A stretch of 64,000 nucleotides of DNA from Candidatus Bathyarchaeia archaeon (GCA_050013255.1 JBEKFP010000003.1:128001-192000), one strand, 5' to 3'. Numbered from the stretch's first letter, positions 8,521 to 16,817 are shown. Translations and numbers: made by a program. The notes: generated by a model from the letters alone, not told the origin.

Positions 8521-9216
8521 TTGCCTTTCTGTATGAAATGTGGAAGCGAGTTTGCTGCTGGCGTGAAATTCTGTCCATCTTGTGGCACGCCAGTGACCTC
8601 ATCAGATGCTTCAAGTCATCAAGAACGTTACGGCACTAGAAACGTCCAACAGAGCGCCAGTCCAATTTCTGTGCCGTCAAAACCAAGGAACCTGTCAGCA
8701 AAACTGCTGGCCTTGTTATTCATTGTGTTCATCTTGGGTGTAGGACTGGGGGCTGGTTCGACTCACAGCGGAACGACAACTGTAACGGAGACGACTCAGA
8801 CCACGTATACGTTGCCAATCATAGTCACGGCAGAAACTAATGTTACAGAATACAAAACTGCAATGTCAGCCATATTCTCCGAATTTCACAACATAACGAC
8901 TCAGACCGCAGATAACTTTCATGCGTTCAGTATCGGGCAGATGTCTCGAACTGAATTAATCTCATTCGTGAGCCAGCAGAAGGACAACCTCAAAGTTCTG
9001 ACGGAACGCACCCTCAGATTACACCCTCCCCCAGCCTTCGCCGAAGCCCATGTCCATGTCGTCAACGCCTTGAGCCTTTGCTACTCAGCGTTTACGCTTT
9101 ATGAAGATGGCCTTATCCAGAACAACCCATCGTTGATCACAGAAGGCAACGACTTCGTTAACGAAGCGACAAACGAACTGCAAACCGCTACGTCAATCCT
9201 CAATTCCAACACCTAG
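8521..9216 (+). CDS. Zinc-ribbon + single TM + Thr linker + extracellular helical bundle
   Basis: FCMKCG...FCPSCG; TM segment; PPPAFAEAH helical domain. Confidence 0.7.
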   Translation: MPFCMKCGSEFAAGVKFCPSCGTPVTSSDASSHQERYGTRNVQQSASPISVPSKPRNLSAKLLALLFIVFILGVGLGAGSTHSGTTTVTETTQTTYTLPIIVTAETNVTEYKTAMSAIFSEFHNITTQTADNFHAFSIGQMSRTELISFVSQQKDNLKVLTERTLRLHPPPAFAEAHVHVVNALSLCYSAFTLYEDGLIQNNPSLITEGNDFVNEATNELQTATSILNSNT

Positions 9217-9250
9217 TCGCTTTTTCCTAATGTCTCAAGTTTCATTTTCT

Positions 9251-9352
9251 AGCGAAAGTCGAGCCATCAATAACGAGTGTGCGTAGGCGTTCGGGCTCTG
9301 ACATTGGTTATTAGTCCCACGATTTGTGGGTTCAAATCCCACCGGCCTCACC
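9251..9352 (+). repeat. att-like repeat S5 (type A)
   Basis: ATTAGTCCCACGATTTGTGGGTTCAAATCCCACCGGCCTCACC; ~100-bp ungapped homology with 2974-3076. Confidence 0.9.
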
Positions 9353-9441
9353 GCTTTCGTGGGTATAATCAGCAACGCCATAGATGGAAGTGGTTCATAC
9401 GGCGTGAGAAGTATGAACCGATTGCCAAATGTCGGAGCTAT

Positions 9442-9720
9442 TTACATAGAGCCAACGAATTTCTTCGCAGCCTCAAGAATTGCCTGTTCCTGTTGTTTGA
9501 CCATGTCTTCCAACTCTTTTGCCTTTGCCGGGTCAAATTTCGGCAATGCTTTGGTTATCTTAGCGGCAACTTGTCCAAGCGATTGTACATTTGCGTGAAA
9601 TTCTCTCTTCGTGTTCGATGTAGTAAGTTTCCGAAGCGCCTCTTGGAATTCCCGCTTGAATGCCTCGAAGTCTCCAATTGCCCCAGTTTGTGCCAAGCTC
9701 CACTCCTCAGCGAACCTCAC
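9442..9720 (-). CDS. Small helical hypothetical protein
   Basis: 92-aa charged, amphipathic ORF between S5 and S6. Confidence 0.5.
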   Translation of the reverse strand: MRFAEEWSLAQTGAIGDFEAFKREFQEALRKLTTSNTKREFHANVQSLGQVAAKITKALPKFDPAKAKELEDMVKQQEQAILEAAKKFVGSM

Positions 9721-9824
9721 TCATTCGTGAATTATAAGAAGTTGGTTCGTCTCTTTATTTTATATCACTTTGCCTCCGCTTAACTCTGCGCCTTATCTCA
9801 TTGTTTAGTTTACAGCAAGCAATC

Positions 9825-10247
9825 ATGAAAGAATTGAACTGCCCAATGTGTCTAAGCCCGTTATCGTTAGCGAGCTTAGAGCAAATTTGGCGAGGCCCAG
9901 ATTTCGAACATCGGTTAACGTACTACTGTCATCTGAACCTACTACTGCAATCTGAACCTCTAGGTCAGCATGCGGAGAGGTTTAAGATATTTGATATTGA
10001 GTGCAAAATTCAGCGAGACAATTGCGCGAGGGACTTACTTGACACTCGAACCCTCAATATTGAGGGTTCGTATCCCTCCGGCCCCTTCACGTTTCGAAGC
10101 TTTAGGACTGCGGCTGACAATGTCGTCAGCCTAGTGGAACCCGCATGGAACCCACGATATTGGTGGGTTCGTATCCCACCGGCCCCACCACTTTCCTCTT
10201 TTCGAAAACCGTCAGAGTCCAGAACGCGAGGAGGATTAAATAGTTAA
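9825..10247 (+). CDS. Candidate int(N) fragment (CPxC...YxC N-terminus) reading through S6 and S7
   Basis: Ends ...LVEPAWNPRYWWVRIPPAPP, in the same repeat frame as the integrase. Confidence 0.45.
   Translation: MKELNCPMCLSPLSLASLEQIWRGPDFEHRLTYYCHLNLLLQSEPLGQHAERFKIFDIECKIQRDNCARDLLDTRTLNIEGSYPSGPFTFRSFRTAADNVVSLVEPAWNPRYWWVRIPPAPPLSSFRKPSESRTRGGLNS
10047..10089 (+). repeat. att-like repeat S6 (type C) with a perfect 24-bp palindrome
   Basis: CGAACCCTCAATATTGAGGGTTCG followed by TATCCCTCCGGCCCCTTCA. Confidence 0.85.
10130..10190 (+). repeat. att-like repeat S7 (type B), right copy of the 61-bp direct repeat
   Basis: Ends GGCCCCACCA, followed by the pyrimidine tract CTTTCCTCTTTT. Confidence 0.95.
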
Positions 10248-10266
10248 ATATTTATTGAAAAAAAAT

Positions 10267-10533
10267 CTACTTTGTCCTGTACACCCTGTCATGGTGTTCA
10301 TAATCTTCGAGAATGACGGTCTTTCGTTGTTCGTCGATTGAAAAGAGGAGGACAAAGCTGCCGAAGTGGGCCCTCCTCATTCCGCCGAGTGGAAAGCGCA
10401 TTGGCTTGAATCTATGCGGGTCTTCGAGTATCTCCTCTATCTTCTTGGCTATGACTTCCATTTGATTACGATTCCTTTTGGCGAGCTTCTTGAAAATTCT
10501 GTCGACGTGCTCTCTTGCCTCTAAGGCGTACAT
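10267..10533 (-). CDS. relE: RelE/ParE/YafQ-family toxin
   Basis: 88-aa basic protein, I.EI...P.RFKP....RRAH...FVLLF...HHD; coupled to the upstream antitoxin. Confidence 0.8.
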   Translation of the reverse strand: MYALEAREHVDRIFKKLAKRNRNQMEVIAKKIEEILEDPHRFKPMRFPLGGMRRAHFGSFVLLFSIDEQRKTVILEDYEHHDRVYRTK

Positions 10534-10776
10534 TCATTTCAAGCCGTATTTTCTCTTGAAGTCGCCGGCGTTGCCGATCCTGATAATTGGTTCTTTGTGT
10601 ATCTTGTCGAGTTTCTTCAGGTATTCGGGCCTTACCTCAGACTCTAGGACGAGCACCTTGTACTGCTTGGCCATTTCGTTTATCGCCTGTGATTTGTCCT
10701 TCAAGCCGTACTGGGCCTTGAGGACGTTGATGACCCTGTTAGCTTCTTCGTCTATCTCAACGATTGCTTTGACCAT
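10534..10776 (-). CDS. Antitoxin (DUF2683-like)
   Basis: MVKAIVEIDEEANRVINVLKAQYGLKDKSQAI...EVRPEY; adjacent to the toxin. Confidence 0.75.
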   Translation of the reverse strand: MVKAIVEIDEEANRVINVLKAQYGLKDKSQAINEMAKQYKVLVLESEVRPEYLKKLDKIHKEPIIRIGNAGDFKRKYGLK

Positions 10777-10902
10777 ATTAATGTCATATTAATACGGCAA
10801 TATAAGGCTGATTTCGGTGCGGTTGCCGAGATCTCGACGCTGAGGTTGTTGTAGACTTAGTTTTCTAGCAACCAGGGGAGCTAGCTGCTCCATCCCAGAA
10901 AG

Positions 10903-11178
10903 GCATACAAGAAATTCACAGCCCTTGCTCGCGTAAAAGAAGGCGACGTGTATCAGGGGGACATGGGTGGTGGTTTCATGCCTTATCGGAGAGATGTGGA
11001 ATTTCTTCCCTGCGAAGAGGCGGACATTCTACCTTTGATTCCGCAACTAACCTTCATTCATAATAAGTGAAGCTGGGGTTTTGTATTTCGATTCGGATTT
11101 TTCGAAATAGCCGAGGACGATTTCGAACGAATCACCAAATATGTGAAAAAGAAACTGAATGATCTTGGGCAAGGGTGA
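10903..11178 (+). pseudogene. EVE-domain (UPF0310-like) pseudogene
   Basis: FTALARV..GDVYQGDMGGGFMPYRRDVEF...LTFIHNK*SWGFVFRFGFFEI..DDFERI; internal TGA at 11068; 5' part lost. Confidence 0.8.
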
Positions 11179-11365
11179 TGTGAGCCCGCGAAAAGCCTTC
11201 AAAGTTAGTCGTTTCGGTACGTGCCCCACTGTATTGATGCGATACCGCCCACTGGCCCCACTATGAATTCCGGTACGTAACTTGCTTTGTGCTGAGTAGG
11301 CTGGAGGTTTGAGGCTTGCCTGTATGCTTCCCTGAGTTCGATTTCCTATGAAGTACGGGGGCTGG

Positions 11366-11698
11366 TTACTCGGCACTTGTCAGGTTTCCATCTTTGATGC
11401 CGTATTTCTGCTTGAAGTTGTGTATTGCTAGGCGGATTAGGTCGGTTCTGTGTACCCCGTAGGTCTTTGCGCACTCGTTCAACCTGCCTAGCTTATCAGG
11501 CCTCATGGCGAGGTTGATTTTTCGTTTCTTGCACATCTGAAAATCCCGTTCCTTAGGTGAGTGAAGGAATTCCTCTATTGCAATGTTCACGAGGCTGCTA
11601 CGGGGCAACCCGCCATACACCCTAACGAGGCTGTCTAATTCCTCCAACTCATACTCACAGAAACGCAAAATAACGCTCACACGACGCCGCCCACCCAT
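11366..11698 (-). CDS. Tandem ribbon-helix-helix (CopG-like) regulator
   Basis: Two RHH units (..RSSLVNIAIEEF, ..RTDLIRLAIHNF); start moved to ATG 11698. Confidence 0.7.
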   Translation of the reverse strand: MGGRRRVSVILRFCEYELEELDSLVRVYGGLPRSSLVNIAIEEFLHSPKERDFQMCKKRKINLAMRPDKLGRLNECAKTYGVHRTDLIRLAIHNFKQKYGIKDGNLTSAE

Positions 11699-11987
11699 AC
11701 CAAGCCCAGCCTTCGAAGCTACGCTTCGCCAAGTGCATGAAAACCCAAGAGGCCCCGCTGACCCAGCAGGGTGGGCGGTGAAAAAGGCTCCAAGGCAGCG
11801 GGAAACACAGAAAACCCAGCTCCTCCCATAAACCGTGAGCACAAAACTACCGACCCCCCCACCAACCCCCACCCAAGCAGGCGCGCAAAAATGCGTCAAT
11901 TTGGTGGGCCGAAGCGACTCATTTTAGAACATGGGTATTACGTGAGTCGTGGTGATGGCCTACTGCCTAGGAGCTTGAACGCTGAAA

Positions 11988-12860
11988 TTACACGATTTTC
12001 GCCATGAGGCTACCCTTCCTCGACGTTCCCCATTTTGGTAGGCCTCTTCCTTGCAAGACGAATATTGTGCCCTTACGTGTTCTAGGCGGGATACGAAGAA
12101 GAGCAGTTGAACCATCTAGGGTGGGGATGCTGATTTCTCCTCCACGTCTCAATTTGGTAATCGAAACGGGTACCTCGCAGTAAATGTCATCAACAATCCT
12201 GCGGAAGAGTTGATGGGGTCTCATCACAATCTCCACGAAAACATCCTCCCCAAAGTTTTCTCCCGCTAATCTGATCTGCATACCTTCCTCAACACCCGCA
12301 GGAATTGTGAACGAAAGGGATTCAACCTTCTCTGTAACTCCTTTGCCCTTGCAATGTTTGCATGGAGCCTTGAATTTGATTCCATGACAAAATTGGCAAA
12401 CGCTTCTCCGGGTCGCAAAGATGGACTTTCTTGCTCCTGTTGCAACTTCTCTAAGTGAAACTTCCAAAGTAAACTTGAGGTTTCCCTTCGGCCCTTCTTC
12501 TACTGTGAGTATTCTTCTACCGTCACGGAGGTCGAGAACTGGTTCTTCGCGAAATGCTTCCTCGCGAAATGGTTCTTCGCGAACTGGTTCTTCACGGTGT
12601 GCGATGGAAACAGGGATCTGGTCCCATGCTTCTTCGTCAGTATCTAACTCTCGGTTCTGCAGAGCCGCACATGCTTCCGCATAGGCCTGTGATATTTCCT
12701 TGAACTTTTCATGTGCTGCAGGATTCTTATTTCTGTCGGGGTGGTATCGGAGGGCAAGTCGCCTGTAGACTGCTTTCACTTGTTCTTTTGTGGCGTCTTC
12801 CGGAACCCCCAAGACCTCATAATATTCTCTCTTGGCTCCGGTCCCGGTCACACTTTCCAC
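11988..12860 (-). CDS. dnaJ: DnaJ-like co-chaperone
   Basis: J domain with HPD; only two CXXC motifs; DnaJ C-terminal domain. Confidence 0.85.
   Translation of the reverse strand: MESVTGTGAKREYYEVLGVPEDATKEQVKAVYRRLALRYHPDRNKNPAAHEKFKEISQAYAEACAALQNRELDTDEEAWDQIPVSIAHREEPVREEPFREEAFREEPVLDLRDGRRILTVEEGPKGNLKFTLEVSLREVATGARKSIFATRRSVCQFCHGIKFKAPCKHCKGKGVTEKVESLSFTIPAGVEEGMQIRLAGENFGEDVFVEIVMRPHQLFRRIVDDIYCEVPVSITKLRRGGEISIPTLDGSTALLRIPPRTRKGTIFVLQGRGLPKWGTSRKGSLMAKIV
12536..12595. repeat. 4 x 15-bp tandem repeat encoding REE(P/A)(V/F)
   Basis: GAACTGGTTCTTCGC, GAAATGCTTCCTCGC, GAAATGGTTCTTCGC, GAACTGGTTCTTCAC. Confidence 0.9.
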
Positions 12861-13084
12861 GTGCCGTTCCTTTTTGAATCGTGAGTTATCAGTAGCCCAT
12901 CGGGCACTATTCGTATGTAGATTTGTTCGCTAAAGTTAAGTGGAAACTCGGCGTCTTCAAGCAAAATCTTCGGGATGGTCAGTCGAACAATTTTCCCCGT
13001 CTTGGTTTTCGACTTACTTATCCTAATTGGTGCCACATGGGCCATGATAAATTCCTTCGCCTTATGGGGGTAGGCTCGGGACAT
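12848..13084 (-). CDS. Small AbrB/MazE-like protein
   Basis: RLTIPK.L......F..Q.YI swapped-hairpin pattern; overlaps both neighbours. Confidence 0.55.
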   Translation of the reverse strand: MSRAYPHKAKEFIMAHVAPIRISKSKTKTGKIVRLTIPKILLEDAEFPLNFSEQIYIRIVPDGLLITHDSKRNGTWKV

Positions 13085-14696
13085 CGGAAGGCCTCTCAGG
13101 TATACGTCGCACTTCTCTGCCCCTCGGCAAGCCTATGAAAGCGATGAGGCTCACTACGGCAATTATGACGACAACAACCAACACAATCGGCCATATTTGT
13201 CCAACGCCTGCCCGTACCAGAACAGTCAGCACAGTGGTCTTGGATGCTGTGACCCCTGTATTGCTCACTATGGATACGCTATAAGTACCCGGCTGAATAT
13301 TAGAGCCTGCAACGATCGTTAGAGTTACCGTGATAGGCCCCGATTGCTGTATTTGGAGACTTTGAGGGCTGAATGTTGCTGAGAAGCCGACTGGTAGATT
13401 CAATGCAGTTAGGTTGATGTTTGATCTGAAACCATTTTGCGGTGTGATAGTCAAGGTTACAGTTTTTGATTGACCGGAGCCTGTGAAACTCAGGAGTGTT
13501 TGATCGGCCTGTACACTGTAGTCTCCTGTAGGTAGTAATGTGAATATCACGGTGACTGTGTTAGTTATCCCAGCTGCCGTAGCGGAAATCGTCACAGTTG
13601 TTGTGACCGGAAATGTTGAAGGTGGGGCTTGAACCACCAGGTTTGTGGTTATTGGTTGGAGGCCGTTGGGTGTGAGTGGGTTCGTCTGAAATGTCGCAAG
13701 TATGCCAGCAGGTAGGCCTTGAACTGACAATACGATAGGGTCCGTAAGGCCTGACGTAATCGGCGTAACGACTATTCCCAATTGTTGAGAGGGACCGCCC
13801 ACTAAGACATCCATTATCGTAGGGCTAGCTTCGATGTTGAAGGCAGGTGGGATGATTATCGTTAGCGTTGTTACCTTGCTTATGAAGTAATTCTGGTAAG
13901 AGGAATAGCTGCTAAGCAGAGGGCTCTGCATCAAGGCGTTAATTCCAATCGCGAAAATGTAGGTTCCACCCGTTTGAAGGAATGACGGCGTCATCAGAAC
14001 GCTCAGCGTTACGGTCGCCGTTTGACCAGATACTATGTTGACAGTGTTCGGCGTGAAAGTGATCATCAGACCGCTCGGTACGTCATAGGCTTGCAAGGTG
14101 GCTGCGAGTAATGTTTGTCCAGTCATCGTAGTAGCGCCCGAACTCAAACTCAGCTGCAGAGTAGCACTTTGCGATTGCGTTATGCTTGCCGTGGTTTGAA
14201 TAATGTTCGGGGCGAGGCTGAGAGAAACGTCGCTTAATTGAACTGTCGATTGGCTGCCATAGAAAATGTCTACTGCCAGTGGCGCACTATGGACAATTCC
14301 GTTCGCCGTTGCAGTTACAGCGAAATTGGATGTTCCAATCGTATTGGCTGAGAGAGTGACGTATTGGTAACTTATTGTTAATGTAAGCATGGAGTATACC
14401 ACCGCGTTGGGAGCCAATTGCAGTGTGCTGGGTTGAAATGTGGCATAATACTGGGATTGAATGTTTTGAGCGATGCCCGTAACTGCCAACTGAAGTGGGC
14501 CAGAAAACCCATTTACTGAAGTTATCTTGACAACGAAGTGGGCTGTTCCGTCTGTTCCAATTGAAACATGCGATGGGTCTGCAGTAATCTGAAAATCCCC
14601 AGTCTGAGCATTGACACGTAGCGTTGGGATTAGGCTAGTACTGGCGATTATTACGAGCAGAAGGAGCAGTAAGCTGATGCTTTTCATCCTAAACAT
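13062..14696 (-). CDS. Cell-surface protein with four Ig-like (NEW3/COG1470-like) repeats and C-terminal TM
   Basis: Signal peptide; repeats DF.I.A.P...NGF.G...LP.G..ATF.P; TM anchor. Confidence 0.8.
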   Translation of the reverse strand: MFRMKSISLLLLLLVIIASTSLIPTLRVNAQTGDFQITADPSHVSIGTDGTAHFVVKITSVNGFSGPLQLAVTGIAQNIQSQYYATFQPSTLQLAPNAVVYSMLTLTISYQYVTLSANTIGTSNFAVTATANGIVHSAPLAVDIFYGSQSTVQLSDVSLSLAPNIIQTTASITQSQSATLQLSLSSGATTMTGQTLLAATLQAYDVPSGLMITFTPNTVNIVSGQTATVTLSVLMTPSFLQTGGTYIFAIGINALMQSPLLSSYSSYQNYFISKVTTLTIIIPPAFNIEASPTIMDVLVGGPSQQLGIVVTPITSGLTDPIVLSVQGLPAGILATFQTNPLTPNGLQPITTNLVVQAPPSTFPVTTTVTISATAAGITNTVTVIFTLLPTGDYSVQADQTLLSFTGSGQSKTVTLTITPQNGFRSNINLTALNLPVGFSATFSPQSLQIQQSGPITVTLTIVAGSNIQPGTYSVSIVSNTGVTASKTTVLTVLVRAGVGQIWPIVLVVVVIIAVVSLIAFIGLPRGREVRRIPERPSDVPSLPP

Positions 14697-15324
14697 CTTG
14701 AGGCGCTCCGCATGCAGGGCAATATGAAGTTCCCGGTTTCAATTCGGTTCCACAATCAAGACACCTTGTGACATTGCGCTTAGCAACTACGGGAAGACGT
14801 TTGTGCTCTGTAGGGGCAGGTTGCGGAGAATAAGTCTCAGTGGTGATGTACTCGGAATATCTTCTCACCGTATTCCCTTGTCTTTGGAGATAGGCTAATC
14901 CAATCAATCCAGTGCCGATTCCAAAGATTAGCAACCAGGCTACCATTCCATACAGAATAAATGTAGAGTCTAATGCGGATACATCGTAAGCCGTGTATAC
15001 GCCCAAAACCGAACCGATGGCCGCCCAACCAACTAAGACTGCGGAAATCATCTTGGCTATCCCTATGGCCCATTTCGCACCGCTGACCATTCCGATAGCG
15101 ACAAGGAAGACAATACTTCCCAGAACAAGCAGAGCCAGTCCTTGCGCGATCAGCAACGATTGAACATCGTAGAACGTTTCATAAAACCCTTGATTCACAC
15201 CCAACACGCCTATCATAATACCAGACAGGCCAGCCACCCAATATAGGGCAACAAGAACTCGCATTCCGAAGGGCATGAAAATTTCTATTACGGCCTCTCG
15301 CTTGGCCGGGGCACGTCTACTCAA
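14689..15324 (-). CDS. 4-TM protein with C-terminal zinc ribbon
   Basis: Hydrophobic segments; CLDCG...YCPACG. Confidence 0.75.
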   Translation of the reverse strand: MSRRAPAKREAVIEIFMPFGMRVLVALYWVAGLSGIMIGVLGVNQGFYETFYDVQSLLIAQGLALLVLGSIVFLVAIGMVSGAKWAIGIAKMISAVLVGWAAIGSVLGVYTAYDVSALDSTFILYGMVAWLLIFGIGTGLIGLAYLQRQGNTVRRYSEYITTETYSPQPAPTEHKRLPVVAKRNVTRCLDCGTELKPGTSYCPACGAPQDV

Positions 15325-15395
15325 TCAAACCACCCACTTGGCAATCATTGGCACTGGCTTCCAATGAATTTAAGCTTGCGGTCATTAAACGCGGC

Positions 15396-16421
15396 TCAAC
15401 TCTGAGCAGCATCAGAACCAACCAGGTTCTCAAGCGCTTTCAAATCTTCCGTCATTGCTCTAATCCTAAAGTCGTCTTCCGCTAGTCTCTGGCTGAGTTC
15501 GGCCCTTTGCTTGCCTAGGCTTCGGTTTTCCTTGTACCAAGGAACGCGGCTAAGTCCGTTAAGTTGTTCTTTATGAATATCCCTCGCTCTGATGCTCTCG
15601 CGCAGGTTATTCTTGGTTGCAGCGAGCTTTGTACGCAAATTGGTGAACCCTTCCAGGCGGTTCAGGGATGCAGCTAGTTTCTCGATATTTGCCCTCGATC
15701 CTGCTACGCTAAGAACGATTTTCTCAGGGGAATAAGAATACTTAGCCTGATCCAGTGAAAGTTCGAATTGCGCAAGGAGTTTGGAAAGCTCAGTATTCCA
15801 GTCTGCATTTCCATTGTAGCTGCATACGAAAGTGTGGGTTATCTGCTTAGCCGTAAGATTTTCTTTTGGCTTGGTTGGAACCTGATGTCGATGGGCACTT
15901 CTCACGGGACGACGTTTAATTTCGCGTTGCATCTCAACTCTTTCCTTATGCAATGAGTCAATGGTAAGGGCCTCAGATTTTGTATCCTTCTCTAACTTCT
16001 GTTTCTCACTAAGGAGGGCTTCGACTTCCTGGGCGAGTGCTTCCTTCCTAGTCCTCAATGATTCGACTTGAAGCGTCAGTGGTTGTAGCGCAGATGTTAG
16101 TGTCTTTATCTTATCGTCCAGTGACTCAAGCTCTATTTTTTGAGTCAACTTGGCCTTCTCCGAGGCGTTCTCTAACTCTTTAATCTCATTTGCCAGGGCG
16201 TTCCTTCTAGTCTCCAATGACTGCAGTGTGGCGGTCAGCATGTCAATGTTCCTCTGCATTTCAGACCTAACCCGGAAAACTTGGCTCACATCCTGAGGAG
16301 TACCACACACATCGCAGAAGAGTGCGTTACTGCCTATCAGATTGTGACAGAAGGAACAGACCTTGCCGCGTGTCTGCGGTTGAGGACTAAAGCTCGCCAA
16401 TCTTACACCCTCCATACCCAC
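15396..16421 (-). CDS. Zinc-ribbon + long coiled-coil protein
   Basis: CSFC...FCDVCG followed by heptad-rich helices. Confidence 0.75.
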   Translation of the reverse strand: MGMEGVRLASFSPQPQTRGKVCSFCHNLIGSNALFCDVCGTPQDVSQVFRVRSEMQRNIDMLTATLQSLETRRNALANEIKELENASEKAKLTQKIELESLDDKIKTLTSALQPLTLQVESLRTRKEALAQEVEALLSEKQKLEKDTKSEALTIDSLHKERVEMQREIKRRPVRSAHRHQVPTKPKENLTAKQITHTFVCSYNGNADWNTELSKLLAQFELSLDQAKYSYSPEKIVLSVAGSRANIEKLAASLNRLEGFTNLRTKLAATKNNLRESIRARDIHKEQLNGLSRVPWYKENRSLGKQRAELSQRLAEDDFRIRAMTEDLKALENLVGSDAAQS

Positions 16422-16817
16422 TGGGATTCACGTGGAATCTGTTTCAAAACCGGAACTTAACTATTACCCAGAACCAGCAAACCCCCGTGGCAAGGAATGG
16501 ATTGATTGAATGGAAGTGTTGCTTTGGAAATGCGCAGTGAAATTTCTCGTTGACAACTGACCCGCGGTTCAAATGAGTCGGCACATCTTGACTTTAAGCA
16601 CGGGAAGTGCTACGAGTGGCGAAAGTGATGATAGCTATTTTGACAGTGTTTACGTTGTATGGTATCAGATGGCCTAAACATCACGAACTTGTCTACGTCC
16701 TCATTCCCAGATGCGCAGAGGCACTTCTCGTTCGGAAAATAGGCCGTTGGGGCAACAGACTGCACGGTCTGAACTACGCGTACTATAAAGGGATGCTATC
16801 GTCGATACTTGTTCAGT

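Larger units (their letters stand above)
817..10190 (+). mobile_element. Tandem cassette/island array delimited by tRNA-3'-like att repeats, with one tyrosine integrase
   Basis: Seven full and one partial co-oriented repeats; integrase at 3049-4086; accessory cargo genes. Confidence 0.75.
3117..10190 (+). mobile_element. Putative excisable integrative element (7,013-bp unit)
   Basis: Bounded by 61-bp direct repeats; int(C) at the left end and an in-frame candidate int(N) at the right end. Confidence 0.6.

Noticed and set aside
817-10190. Calling the repeats tRNA genes
   Set aside because: Only the T-arm, acceptor 3' strand and CCA are present; no D-arm or anticodon arm could be built upstream of any copy.
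817-10190. CRISPR array or classical integron attC sites
   Set aside because: Spacing is irregular (0.1-3.2 kb), no cas operon is present, no convincing RYYYAAC/GTTRRRY pairs were found, and I could not see an IntI-specific insertion in the integrase.
11068-11070. Selenocysteine or readthrough at the EVE TGA
   Set aside because: The position is not a Cys site and the gene has also lost its 5' end; a nonsense mutation is simpler.
16555-16585. GCGGTTCAAAT as another T-arm
   Set aside because: No closing T-stem or acceptor strand follows.
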